Assembly: GCF_009914755.1 (NCBI RefSeq)
Contig: NC_060934.1
Origin: the human T2T-CHM13v2.0 reference genome, Homo sapiens
Reading direction: 5' to 3' (one strand)
Length of the DNA: 64,000 bases
Part shown: one piece after another, positions 12,317 through 26,240 of the stretch
How the letters are laid out: every line of letters starts with the position of its first letter
Numbering within the stretch: the first letter of the stretch is position 1
Notes under the pieces: generated by a model
Told to the model about the DNA's origin: nothing
Databases searched by the model: none
The model's input: the letters and a program-made list of their open reading frames with translations, nothing else
Program-made: the position numbers and the translations under genes

Positions 12317-12611
12317 TTTGTTTGTTTGTTTGTTTTTTCTTGCTGTGCTGCCCAGGCTAGAGTTCAATGGCGCAATCTCGGCTCACTGCAATCAATCCCT
12401 GCCTCCCAGGTTCAAGCAATTCTCCTGTCTCAGCCTCCCGAGTAGCTGGGATTACAGGTCTCTGCCACTGAGCCCGGCTAATTTTTGTATTTTTAGAAGA
12501 GACAGGTTTCACCATCTTGGCCAGGCTGGTCTCAAACTCCTGACCTCGTGATCCACCCACCTCAGCCTCCCAAAGTGCTGGGATTACAGGCGTGAGCTAC
12601 TGCACCCGCCC
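12317..12611 (-). mobile_element. AluS (Sg-like)
   Basis: (TTTG)n tail; ctcctgacctcgtgatcc; imperfect TSD agaRtgcag. Confidence 0.9.
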
Positions 12612-12619
12612 AGAATGCA

Positions 12620-12890
12620 GGTTTTTAATAAAATGCTATGCAGCCATGAAAAATTACATTAAACAATATTTAATAACATGGAAAGGGGTTTAAGTTATTT
12701 TAAGTGAAGAAAAAAATAAATTAAAAATATATGTGATACATTTTATAGAGACAACTACCTACACAGAAGAAGCTGAAAGGTTATACACCAAATATTATTC
12801 ATCATGATTTCTGGTAGAGAAATTACAAGAAATTTCTACTTTAAAATTTTTGTATTTTTTAATGAATTACATTTCTAAAGATAGTAGAAA
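12620..12890 (+). mobile_element. Old L1M (ME/MC) 3'UTR fragment
   Basis: atgctatgcagccatgaaaaa...ctgaaaggttatacaccaaa. Confidence 0.55.
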
Positions 12891-13120
12891 AAATGAAGCT
12901 CTCTTAGAGCTGATTCAAAATCTTTCCTATTAGAACCTCTGTTCATCTCTGAATCTTATTTCAATTATAAGGAAAGCTGTGAATAGCTTGTAACAACATC
13001 CAATTCACCATTGTGAGTTAATTTTTTAAAGTTTCTTCTCCCACTGTATATGGTGAAATAGGTGAATGTATTAAAATTGCTAAATTATGCTTTTTCTGAA
13101 TTTAGCTAATCCTTCTTGAG

Positions 13121-13126
<6 letters not shown>

Positions 13127-13152
<26 letters not shown>
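13127..13152. repeat. (TA)n microsatellite
   Basis: tatatatatatatatatatatatata. Confidence 0.9.
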
Positions 13153-13157
<5 letters not shown>

Positions 13158-15649
13158 CTTCAGCATTTTTCTTTATTTTATTCTATCTCCTTTTGAGCTA
13201 AATGGATGACCTATCTGCCAGCTCCATTAGTAATTTTATTTACTGCTTCAGCCTTTGAAACAAGTTAATGCAGAAGATTGAATAGTATTTTAGAATTTAC
13301 TTCACACAGTAATGTGACTCAAGGCTTCATTGGCTATTATGTCCCCTTTGGCATTAAATATTTTAATCTGCTAACTATGACAGATACAGGATGGCCAATT
13401 TCCCAGTAAATGTATTAGCCTCCTAGTAAATTACCCTTTCCCACCTTATACCATGCAGCCTATTAACCTATAAAATCCCTTCTCTTCCAATATAGGCAAG
13501 ATGTCTTAACTGAAGACTTAATGTTGAACGCATCCTAAAGCTTGAGAAGACCTTATTTCAGAGGGTTGGGAAAGGAAAACTAATCATTGCAAGCAAACTT
13601 TAAGTTGCTGAGACTACAGATGTCACTTTGGTTCATTTCCTATTACCATCGTTTGATGAGGATATAGCCCAAAAACCAAGCTAGATGAGTATTTTAATAA
13701 ATGTGGACTGAGATTGCTTTAACAGAAAATATAAGAAATTTCTGTGTTTTTAGTAATATATCCTAGGTTCAAATTAATAAATCTCTTGATTATTCTGTGC
13801 CTTAAACTTGTATGACCATCTAGTCGTACCATTTGAGCAAATAAGTTACCACCTCAGGAAAAATGAAGTCAGCACTCAATTTATATCTATAGGATAATTG
13901 TGTTTTGTTTTGCTTTTATCTTAAGCCCACACTCTAGTAAACAAAAGCTATCAGAAGAAAGCTTTGTAAAATATTACAGATTGTGTTGTTAAATAATACT
14001 AAGAACTTTCTTGCATTTCATGGAAAAGATAATGCATATTGTGTACTTTTCATTATTTTAAATGTGTCTAGGACCAAATAAACCAACGGTGTTCTCTGTC
14101 CTTCTACTGGTTTGGGAAAAGATTTATGTAACAAACCATTATCTTCTAGTTAGAAATCATGAAAGATGAGGACTGTTGTTCCTGTAATTAATCACCCTAT
14201 AGTAGAACTCTCTCACAGTGACTTAACAAAATACACTTATGTATGAATCTTAAATATGCAGAAGGAATACTAAAGTTGAACGGGTAGGATATTTTATCTT
14301 CTTTTAAGCTTTCATATGGTTAAATAAAACAAAAATTAAAAGTCTATAAAACAGAATGTATAGCTTTACAAATAATTATAACCAATACCCAAGTTGTGGA
14401 AAAGAATATTATCATAAATTACACACCCTTATATGCTAATTTTTCTTTTTAATGTTACTGCATAAACGTCCCTTTCTAAACAGTATAATTTTATTTCTTT
14501 CTGAAATTTACAAAAACAGCAGCTTTATTTCTTGCTTATTTTAGTCAATATTACACTTGTGAGATTCATCCAGATTGCTATATGTACCTATAAATCATTT
14601 ATTTTGTTGTTCCTTTTTTCATTATATAAATATAACACAAATCCATTCTACTGTCAAACATTTGGATTGCTTCTAGGAAATTACAATTAATGCTGCTATT
14701 AATATTTTCTCATTCCTATATGCATCAATGTCTTCAGATTATGTGTCTGGGAGTGGAATGGTTGGGTCACAGAGTGTATTAACTTTTCATTTCAGAAGAC
14801 AATGCTAAACATGTTTCTAAGGTGTCCATACTGATGTAGTCTCCCAGCAACATATGAGTATTTTTGATATTTCACATCTTCACCACTTGGTATTGTCAAT
14901 CTTTTAAATTATAGCCATTCTGGAGAGAATACAGTTGTGTTTTTTATTCGGAGTTACCAATAACTAAAGAGATTATTCTGTTTTCTATATGTTCATTAGA
15001 TATTTGGGTTTTGTCATTTGTTATTAGTATATTTAAGTCACTTGCCCATTCCCAAGTGGTTAGCTTCTGTCTTTGTATATTTTATATATCTATATCTACA
15101 AACATATACGTATGTTTTATCTACATAAAATTATGTATGTACATTATATATTATATATTTAAATATAATATATTTATCTTCTGGATATAAACTCATTGTC
15201 AGTTAAGTATTTTGCAAATATATTTTTCCATGTGAAGGCTTATACTTTCACTCTCTTATGGATGTATTTTGATAAACACAGGTCCTTAGTTTTCATGCAG
15301 TATAATTATCTCCTGTTTATTTTTATGTTTACTACTCTTATTTCCTATTAAAACTTTTTCATATCCCAAGCTTATGAAGATATTCTACACTATCTTCTAA
15401 AAACATATGTTTTTGCTTTCACTTTTAAGTTACTAATCCACATGGAATTGGTTTACATGAAAGATATGAGGGAGAACTCAAATTTCATTTACTTTCACAT
15501 GCATGTAATTGTCACAGCATCATTTACTGAAAAGAATATATTTTCCCCACTTTTGTAGCATCAAATCATCATCATAATAATCATAATAATAAATGTATAT
15601 TTCTGTATTTTTATTCCATTTGTTTATCCTTGATTCAGTACAACATGGT

Positions 15650-16043
15650 TGGATCAGTCTGTTTTCATACTGGTATAAATAACTGCCCAAGACTGGGTAA
15701 TTTATAAAGGAAAGAGGTTTAATTGACTCACAGTTTAGCATGGTTGGGGAAGCCTCGAGAAACTTACAAATATGGTGGAAGGTGAAGGGGAAGCAAGGCA
15801 CCTTCTTCACAAGGCATCAGGCGTTAGATGTGAGTAAGTGAAAGCAGGGGAAATGCCAGATGCTTATAAAACCATCAGATCTTGTGAAATCACTCACTAT
15901 CATGAGGACAGCATGGGGGAAGCCACCCTCATGATACAATTACCTCTACCTGGTCCCACTCTTGACACGTGGAAATTATGGGGATCATGGGGATTACAAT
16001 TCAACATGAGATTTTGGGTGGGGACACAGCCAAACCATAGTCA
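15650..16043 (-). mobile_element. MaLR solo LTR (THE1D/MSTA)
   Basis: gactgggtaatttataaaggaaagaggtttaattgactcacag ... gggtggggacacagccaaaccata. Confidence 0.9.
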
Positions 16044-16109
16044 TGGTCTTAATTACTTTATTTTTATCAGACTTGATATGTCCCATGGAGTAATTCCTTC
16101 CATGTTACA

Positions 16110-16490
16110 CTTTGTTTCTGTCAGAGTAGATTATACTGCAATAACAAAGAATTTTAAATTGCAGTGACTTATAACAACAGAGCTTTTTGTTTTGTTTTTC
16201 TTGCTCTCTCTAGTTGTCCATTTTGGGTTGTCTGGAGAATATACTTGATTTCTCCTAATTCTGGAGCCCACACTGATTGAACAGCTACTCTCTTGCACAT
16301 ATTGCTAATTACCTTAGCAGAAGGAAGTAGATAGAGTGTGGTGAATTATTTATTGGCTCTTAAATCTTCTAGCCAGGAGTCACAAATGTCACTTTCACAT
16401 TTCATTAACAAAACACGTCACACGACCACTCATCACCTCAACCAAGAGGAGAAAATAAAATATTGGATAGACAGCACTAATGATTAACCT
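16110..16490 (-). mobile_element. Old MaLR LTR (MLT1I/J/K-like)
   Basis: attatactgcaataacaaa...cagtgacttataacaaca; ggctcttaaatcttct; gtcactttcacatttcatt. Confidence 0.6.
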
Positions 16491-16537
16491 AATCTTTTAA
16501 ATGAGTATATAACTTATTCTTGTTCCTTTGATTTTTC

Positions 16538-16867
<330 letters not shown>

Positions 16868-17143
16868 TGATTTTTCTATATGAAACTTCTTATTAATTTG
16901 AGAAGTTCATAAATAAATATTTTAAAGATTTTGGTTGGTATTGCATTAAATTTATAGGTCAGCCTAAGGTTATTTGCAAGCTTTAAAATATTTGGTCTTA
17001 CAATCCATAAACATGACCATAGTTAGATTGAGAAATACAGATATAGATTTCGGTCTTCACACATGTTTCTTTCAATTATGATTTTTGGTTTTCTGCATAC
17101 AGGTCTTGCATAACTTTTTGTTACATCATTTCTTAGTATCTGA

Positions 17144-17441
<298 letters not shown>

Positions 17442-18206
17442 TGTATTTGATATTTTTGATATTATTGAATATATTATATTTTATAAAACTTCATTGCTTA
17501 TATCTTTTTTCTAGTACATAGAATTGCAATTGATTTTTTAAAATACTGACACTGTATCCAGAAACTGGCTAACTCACTTATTAAGTATTATAATTTGTCT
17601 TTGCATTGTATTTTCTCTACATTAAATTATTTCCAATTCTTCCTCTTTCTGTTCTTTTTCTCATATTTCATCCTCAATTAGAATCTCTAGGACAATAGAA
17701 AAGTGTGATTGTAAACATCTTTATTTTATTTCCAATTCCAAAGGAAAGCTTTCAAGTATCATTATTCCATTAGATGTTATAGATTTTTTTGTCAGATGTC
17801 ATTTATCAGCTGTGAACATTTTCCATTGATTCCTAATTGGCTAAAATTCTGATTTTGTCAGATATTTTTCTGCATGTATTAAAGTGATCATCCAATATTT
17901 TAGTATTTTGTAAATTCATATGTTTAATTAAATCAATTAAAAATCAATTACAACAATTGATTTTTGAGTCTTACAGCAACTTTGCACTTCCTGAAAAATA
18001 TATATCTTTCTTATAATACATTTTTAAATGTTTCTAGTTGGTCATAACATATTATCCTTTTATATACTATTGGATTTTTTTGCTAATATTTATTAAGGAT
18101 TTTTTTGCATTCATATTCACGAAGAATATTTCTCTGTAATTTTTATAATGGAAAGGTTTTGCTATTAAAATTATTCTGGCTTAAAATATGACTTGCCTTT
18201 CTCCAT

Positions 18207-18518
18207 TTTTTTTTTTTTTTTTTTTTTTTGAGACGGAGTCTTGCTCTGTTGCCCAGCCTGGAGCACAGTGGCGCAATCTCCGCTCACTGCAAGCTCCGGT
18301 TCCCGGGTTGACGCCATTCTCCTACCTCAGCCTCCCAAGTAGGTGGGACTACAGTACAGGCGCCCGCCACCACGCCCAGCTAATTTTTTGTATTTTTTAG
18401 TAGAGATAGGGTTTCACCTTGTTAGCCAGGATGCTCTCCATCTCCTGACCTCGTGATCTGCCCGCCTCTGTCTCCACCAAAGTGCTGGGATTACAGGCGT
18501 GAGCCACCACGCCCGGCC
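18207..18518 (-). mobile_element. AluY
   Basis: ctgcaagctcc, acgccattctcc, ttagccaggatg; TSD gcctttct. Confidence 0.9.
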
Positions 18519-19634
18519 GCCTTTCTTCTTTGAATGTCTAATTGAATTAACCAGTGAAATCATCACCACTATGAGATTTTTTGTAATAACCCCTTTTCTA
18601 TTTCTGATATTGATTATCGTTTTTATTATTGATCTGAATAGTTAGAATTTTGTCAGTTTTGTTGGTCTCTTCAAAGTGAGCTGTTCCCTTTCTCATCTGT
18701 TTTCTATTTCCTTGATTTCTACTTTTGTCTTCACTGTTTTCTTTTACCTGCTTACTTGCTAACTTACTTTCACCTTGTTAAGGTGAAATCTTAGGACTTT
18801 AGTTTTAGATTGTTCTCCTTTTCTTATATAAGCATTTAAAGCTATGAATTTGCTGCTAAGCATTACCTTAGCTTTTCCTACAAATTGTAATATTTTATAT
18901 TTTCCATGTCATTCAGTTTAAAACATTTTCTAATTATCTTGTAATTTTGTTTTAATTCATGAATTATTTAGAAGTGTGCTGTTTAATTTATAGATATTGG
19001 GTGTTTTCTTAGATATCTACTTTGATTTCTACTTTAATTATGTTGTGGTCAGAGTGCACACCTCGTATGATTCTTTTTTAATTTATTGAGACTTATTTAT
19101 GGCCTGGCATAGGATCTAATTTGGTTTATGCACTATGCACATGTGCAAGAATGTATATTTTCCAGTTGCATATACTACTCTATTATACTAATAAGATAAA
19201 GACGTATCTTTAATGTCTTCATTGATTTTTGTCTAAATGTTCTATTTATTGCTGACGTAGAGGTGTTAAATTTACTACAATTATGAAATTGTCTATCTCT
19301 TAAATTCTATCAATTTATGCTCCATAAATTGAGGCCTATTATCAGGCACATATACCTTTATAAATGTTATGTCTTCCTGATGAATGCCTATTTTATCATG
19401 ATAAAATTTTTACAATCTCTCATTATACACATTGTCTTGAAGTCTACTTTAACTGATAAACTATCCCCTCAATTCTTTTTATGTTTACAGATTCCATGAT
19501 ATATCATTTTCTTTTTACTTACCTTCAGTCTGTCTTTATAGATCTGTATCTTTATACTTGAAGTAGCTTAGAGTAAAATCTTATTTTATTTTATCCACTT
19601 TGGCATTCTCTATCCTTTAATTGGAATGCTTAGG

Positions 19635-19839
19635 CAAGGGATATGCAAAATAGGCTCCCAGGCCAGCCACCTAATTTAGCAAAAATCGTTTTAAATTGGA
19701 CACAACCGTGACCATTCATTTACATATTTTCTATGACTGCTTTCATGCAAAGGTGATTAGCTGAGACAGACACCATATGGCCTGCAAGATTAAAATATTT
19801 ACTCTTTGGCCCTCTAAGAGAAAGTTTGCCAACTGCTAG
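19635..19839. mobile_element. MER58A (hAT-Charlie)
   Basis: cattcatttacatattttctatgactgctttc ... aaaatatttactctttggccct..agaaagtttgccaac. Confidence 0.8.
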
Positions 19840-21110
19840 TTTACATTATTAGCACTCACTGTAATTACTGATGTGGATAATTTTAGATCTACCGTTTTAT
19901 TATTATTTTGTTGTTCCTCTATTCCCACTTCTTTGTTTTCTTTTTGATTATTTGAATATTTTTATTATCTCATTGTAATTTCTGTCTACTGGCTGACTTT
20001 TTTTTAATCTGTTGATTTTCTGCTTATAAATCTCTGATTTTTTTTTCAGTTTGTTCTAGAGATTACAATATGCATATCTAAGCTGTCATGGTTTACTAAG
20101 AGTTAATATTGTATTAGTTAATATAAAACGTAGAAATGCTGCTACTTTATAAATCCTTTTGCCCCATTGAATTTTAGGTTATACTTTATTGCTTTTATAT
20201 ACATTGAAAACCCCACCAGATAATTATTTTTTCTTTATTAAGTTAATTTAAAGAGAAAAATAACTCTGTTTTCTGCAATTACTCTAATATTTACCCTTTC
20301 CAATTGTTCTCAAGACATGACGGAAGGTCCAGATATCACTTTGGCATCATTCCCTTTCCTTTAGCCTTTTGTTAGCCAATGTTCGGGGCAGATCTGGAAG
20401 GTAATAATTTTTCTCAATTTTTATTTTACCTCCCTTCCTGAATGATATTTTTAGTGGATATAAAATTACGGCTTGACAGTTCTATTCTTTAAAATGTTGT
20501 TTCCCTGTCTTCTGACCTTCATTTTTTCTGATGAGACATTCTCATCAGAAAAATCTTATTCAAATCACTGCATTCCTGTAAGTAATATACGTATCAGTTT
20601 CCTCTAGCTGTTTTGAAGGTTTTTCTTCATCTTAGAGTTTTAGGGGTTTATGATGTGTCTATGGTTTTCTTTGGTTATACTGTTTGGGGTTTGCTGAGCT
20701 TCTTGATGCTATAAACTTAAGACTTCCATCAATTCAAAAAAATTTAAGACCACTATTTCCTCAACTTCTGCTCCAGTCACTCTCTTGTTTCTTGTATTGT
20801 TACATTAGTAATTCCTTTTGATATTGTCTTATAAATTATCAAATTTGGAATTACGTCTTGTGTGTGTTTGATAAAATACTTTGTAACATGTGGATCTTGT
20901 AATACTCTGAAGAATGTTGATATTTTTATTTTAGTAGGCATTCAACTCAAGTTCCGTTTGTAAGTTCTGTTTTACCTTCTGAGAATGATAGGGATTAAAT
21001 TTCAGTTTAGCTCTCAGTAGGTTTGATGTACTGTTTTGGACCTGTCCGTACATGCATAGCTCATGGTGATCCTGAAAATTGTACAGGTTCATTCACGGGA
21101 TTAGGGAATC

Positions 21111-21427
21111 TTTTCTTTTCCTTTTTTTTTTTTTTTTTTTTTTCTGAGACAGAGTCTCGCTCTGTCGCCCAGGCTGGAGTGCAGTGGCGCTGATCTTGGC
21201 TCACTGCAACCTCTGCCTCCTGGGTTCAAGCTGTTCTCCTGCCTCAGCCTTCCAAGCAGCTGGGATTACAGGCGTGTGCCACCACGCCCGGCTAATTTTT
21301 TGTATTTTTAGGAGAGACGGGGTTTCATCGTGTTAGCCACGACGGTCTCCATCTCCTGACCTCTTGATCCACCCGCCTTGGCCTCCCAAGGTGCTGGGAT
21401 TATAGGCATGAGCCACCACTCTTGGCC
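21111..21427 (-). mobile_element. AluSc-like element with 16-bp TSD
   Basis: Full dimer; TSD gggattagggaatctt on both sides. Confidence 0.92.
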
Positions 21428-22031
21428 GGGATTAGGGAATCTTCTTATCAGACTTTCTCTATGCTGGGATTTCCCCTCACTCTCCAGCCTTCTGGAGCTT
21501 TTCTTTTTGGTTCTCTAGACAGAAACATGAGAGTTGTATTGGAGTTTTAGCCAAAGAGACCATTACCACCATCTATATGATGCTTTACAACTGGGCCCAC
21601 TTTGGGGAGCAATCCACAGGAGAGCATTTCAAACACACACATGCACACAACAGGAAAATCAACCCTGTAAAATTGCTTCTCCAAGTCTGTACTCTCCTCC
21701 AAAGTTGACATGCTTTTTCTGCTTTTCCAATTAAAGTCAGGTAGTCATTTTTGCATTTTGTCAGCATATTCAGTTCTGATCCATGAGACATATGGTCTCT
21801 AGTGAGCTTACATCACCATGCCAAAACTAAAACTGCTATTTTCTAATGGTTCTAGACTCCGATATTTTGTATTTTTTTCTAGGGATTTTGTATATGTGTT
21901 TATTTCAGAGGTTGGAGTATAATTTTTCTTTTTGAAAGGACTCTTTAGGTGCACTAAAATTTTTTATATATCTCTGAAAAATTAAACCTTTATCTTTATG
22001 AAGTGACTATTTCTAGCCTCATTATTTTTTT

Positions 22032-22316
22032 CCTTGAAGTCTATCTTCTCTGATATTAATATAGCTTCTCTGGGCACATTTTCCTTTTTTTCCGTTTAGC
22101 CTATTTTCTTTGATATTTGTTAAAAAAAATTCTGTTCAAAAATCTATTTTCTCTGATAGTTGATAAGTATTTTAAAAATATGCTGAGTGATTTTTTTGCA
22201 CTAAAATCAATTTTCTTTGACATTAATATGTTTTTATGCATGAAGTCTATTTTCTCTGATATTGGTTATTTATTCATTTATTTTGCTGCCTTAAATTCTA
22301 TTTTCTCTATACTAGC
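22032..22316. repeat. Six degenerate copies of an L1-derived ~22-bp motif with variable spacers
   Basis: Motif ~aagtctattttctctgatatt at ~22037, 22098, 22140, 22204, 22243 and 22293. Confidence 0.7.
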
Positions 22317-22738
22317 AGTATACTGGTATTTAATATGCTTAATATTTGCATGGTATATATTTTGTAATCCTTTTATCTTGAAAATTCTTTATCCTCATGT
22401 TTTAAATATAGTTTTTAAGTAGTATGGTTTTTATCTTTTAAAAAATGAGTCTGACAAACTTTGCTATATGACTCATTTTTTAATACATTTATATTTGGTG
22501 GAATTACTGGCATGGCTGAATTCAAATTTAACATGTTGGCATACACTTTATACTCTATATTTGTCCTACCAAATATATGTTTATTTTATTTTTTGCTTCC
22601 TTTTGGTTGATCATTGTTATTGTTGTACATTGTTTTCCACAGTAAGTTTGGAAATGAAGCATATCTTTTTTTTTTTTCAGTGATTACCCTAGAAGTGACA
22701 ACATGAATTATTCACCAAGATCTAATGATGAACAATAC

Positions 22739-22741
22739 TTT

Positions 22742-22772
<31 letters not shown>

Positions 22773-23054
22773 GAGGCGGAGTCTTGCTCTGTCACCCAGG
22801 CTGGAGTGCAGTGGCGCCCATCTTGGCTCACTGCAACCTCTGCCTCCTGGGTTCACACCATTCTCCTGCTTCAGCCTCCCGAGTACCTGGGACTACAGGT
22901 GACCGCCACCACACCCGGCTAATTTTTTGTATTTTTAGTAGAGACAGGGTTTCACCTTGTGAGCCAGGATGGTGTCAATCTCCTGACCTCGTGATCCGCC
23001 TGCCTCAGCCTCCCAAAGTGCTGGGATTACAGGCGTGAGCCACTGCGCCCGGCC
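22739..23054 (-). mobile_element. AluY/Sc8-like element with TSD
   Basis: Full dimer; TSD atgatgaaYaatactttt. Confidence 0.92.
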
Positions 23055-24573
23055 ATGATGAATAATACTTTTACTCTCCTTTTGAACAATAAAAGGTCCT
23101 TCAATCAGTTAATCCTATGTTTTGCCAAGCTGAATTATAGGCTATTTTCGTCATATATTTTATTCAAGTTATAATTTAAATTTGGCAAAACATTATTATT
23201 ATTTTATTGTGTCACTGCTCATTTACCTACTTTTTGTTACTCCTCATTTTTTTCCCACACAGAGTCATTTTTCTTCTGTCTGAAAACACTTCACAATTTT
23301 CCTTTGTGCTTGTCTCCTGGTGGTGAGTTTTCTTATTTTCTTTCTGAAACTGTTAGTCCTCCATCTGGAAGAATATTTTCTTGAGATATGTAAATATAAA
23401 TTGGAAATTATTTTCTTTCAACAGATTGAATATATTATAAAACATAGTTCAGCTTCCCATTGTTTTTGTTAATAAGTAGTTGCCTTTTTTCCCCTGAATA
23501 CAGATATTTTATCTTTGATTTAGCTTTATACAGTATATCAGTGATATGTCAAAATAGGGATACATTTTTATTTATCCACCTTGAAATTTTTTTAGACTCT
23601 TTAAATCTATTATCTACTATCAGTGTGGGGTAAATCTTAGTCATAATTTTTAAAAAAAATAGTTCTTTTTGCCTAATTCTCTCTGTTCTCCTTCTAGAGA
23701 TTCCAATGGCAAATATGCCAGAACTTCTCCTATTTTTAATAGCTGTTACTCTTTCTTTTGCATTCCAGTCCTTTGTATCTTTGCATTTTTTTTCTGGAGA
23801 ATACCATGCAGCCTATTTCCCAGTCCTCTGTTTACCTGTATATAATATTCTATTTAGCCCATTCACTGAGTTATCATTTTCAGCTATTTTTACCCTTCTA
23901 GGATTTCTATTTGGTCCTTTTAAAAAATGTAGTAAATGTAGTATATCACTTTCTATAAATTACAGTTTCCATATTTTGTCTTTTTATCTCATTAACAGAA
24001 TAAGTACAGGCTTCTTCCTTCTTTCTTCCTTGTTTCCTTCCTGTCTTCCTCCTTTCTTCATTTTTTTCAGTCTCTCACTGACACTGTTAATATCTGGTGT
24101 CCCTGTTCTTCTACTTTTTGGTTATTTTTTCTCTGCTATTTTTTGTTCCTATGAATTTAGTTTTACTGCATACTTGGCTCTCTGATTATATGTTGGATAT
24201 TAGTTAAATAACAATTGTAGAAATAATTTCAGATCTGGGATGATAATTCCATTTAAGGGATTTTCATGGTGTCCTGGGCATTATTAACACATGACTGTCT
24301 TAGTCCAAGTTCAGGGTGTGGAAATTTTCATGATTTCTCAAATGACTTGAAAAGGGGTTCTAGTCAGCGTAGTCTGGTTTCATTTTGCTTCACTTTTATT
24401 CTTACATGTAGTTCTTCAAGGTCCCAGCCAAAAAACAAAACAAAACAAAGTTGTGGTGATCTTCCCTTTGGCAGTTCCTTGTTTAGACTTTTGCTTCAAA
24501 TTCTTGAGATGTTGCCAAAAGTTCTGTTCATCCTCTCAACTGCTTCTTCCAGAACTGCAAATGCCATTAGATT

Positions 24574-24756
24574 AAGGTTGCTAAATGTTAAAAAAACAGA
24601 ATGCCCAGTTACGTTTACACTTAAGATAAACCTTAAATAAGTGTAAGTATGAGAATGTCCCATGCAATATTTGGGACATACTTAATACTTAAAAATAATC
24701 ACTGTTACATGAAATTCAAGTGTAACTGTGCATTCCGTATTTTATCTGGTACCTCA
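24574..24756. mobile_element. MER53 palindromic DNA-transposon MITE
   Basis: aggttgc...atgcccagtta...atgtcccatgcaatatttgggacatactta...gtattttatctgg. Confidence 0.85.
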
Positions 24757-25019
24757 GGCCAAAAGTGACCAAAATGACTGGACTACCTCCTGATTTCCAT
24801 TTTAACCTAGATCTTAGCCCAGGCCCGCTTCACTGTTCGGTTAGCATTTTGATGCTTTTAAGGTGATATTTTAAGCAATATTTTTTCCAGCTATTTTAGT
24901 TCTCTTCATGAGAAGTTTAGTCCAAATTACCTAGTCCACCATCAACATAATCAAAAGGCTAATATTCCATTTTCTTGGTGGCTTTAACATCAAATATACC
25001 AAAAATTACATCAAGAAGC

Positions 25020-26240
25020 TTAAAGATAGCTCCCTGACACTGACCCTGGAAATAACTTTTGGACAGTACAGCAAACAAGAGCACAAATAAACAAGTGGAA
25101 CTATATCAAACTAAATAGCTTCTGCACAGAAATAAAAAAGAGCAATAAAATGAAAATGCAACCTATGAAAGAAAAATATTTGCAAACTAGGCATCTGATA
25201 AGGGGCTAATATCCAAAATATACAAGGAATTCACATAACTCACAGCAAAAATAAAAAACAAACAAAAGCAAAAGCATAAGCAACCAAATAGACATTTTCC
25301 CAAAAAGGCATAAAAGTGGCCACCAGGTGTATGGAAAGGTGCTCAACGACACTGATAATCAGGGAGATGCAAATCAGAACCACAATGAGATGATATCTCA
25401 CACCTGTAAGGATGAATATTATACAAAAAATGAAAGATTATAAGTGTTGGCAAGGGTGAGCAGAAAAGTGAGCCCTTCCACACTGTTAATGGGAATGAAA
25501 ATCAGTATAGCCATTATGGAAAAGAATATGGAAGTTCATCAAAAAATTAAAAATAGAACTACCATATGATCCGGTAATCCCTCTTTTGGTATATATCCAA
25601 AGAAATTGAAATCAGTATCGCGAAGAGATTTCTGTACCCCTATGTTTATTGCAACTTTATTCACAACAGCCAAGATATGGAAACAACCTATGTATCTGTG
25701 AATGCATATAAGGAAATTATGATATATGTGTACATATATCATATATATATACACACAGTGAAATATTTAGCCTTAATAAAGGAGCTTCTGCTATTTTCAA
25801 CAACATGAATGAACTTGGAGGACATTAAGCTGAGTGAATGAAGACATATACAGAAAGCAAAATACTGCATGATCCACTTATATGTGAAATACAAAAATGT
25901 CAAATACATAGAAGCCAAAGAGTAGAAAGCTGGTTATCAGGGGCAGAAAGGTGGGGGAAATAGAGGAACATTGGTCAAAGGGTACAAAGTTGCAGTTATA
26001 TAAGATGAATAGGTCTAGCGATCTAACTTTCAGCATGATGACTATAATTAATAATACTCTTTTATACCAAAAATTTCTGAGAGAATAGATTTCAGGTGCT
26101 CCCAGCAGGAAAACCAATGGTAACTATCTGAAGAGAAAGATCTGTTAATTCACTTGACTGTAGTAATCAATTCATTATGTATATCAAAATATCATGCTGT
26201 ACACCTTAAATATATACAATTTTATTAAAAAGTAAAAAAG
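25020..26240 (+). mobile_element. L1MA8/9-like 3' fragment
   Basis: atcaaactaaatagcttctgcacag; ggtcaaagggtacaaagttgcagtta; gctgtacaccttaaatatatacaattttt. Confidence 0.85.

Larger units (their letters stand above)
21850..24200 (-). mobile_element. Second old L1M fragment (ORF2 5' end and ORF1 region)
   Basis: tgcttaatatttgcatggtatatattttgtaatcc; gagtctgacaaactttg; ORF1-like T-rich sequence. Confidence 0.55.

Noticed and set aside
22032-22316. CRISPR array
   Set aside because: Primate genomic context, degenerate L1-derived repeats, irregular spacers and no cas genes.
23706-24185. 159-aa hydrophobic ORF resembling a membrane protein
   Set aside because: It lies on the T-rich antisense strand of an old L1; the Phe/Leu/Ser richness is compositional.
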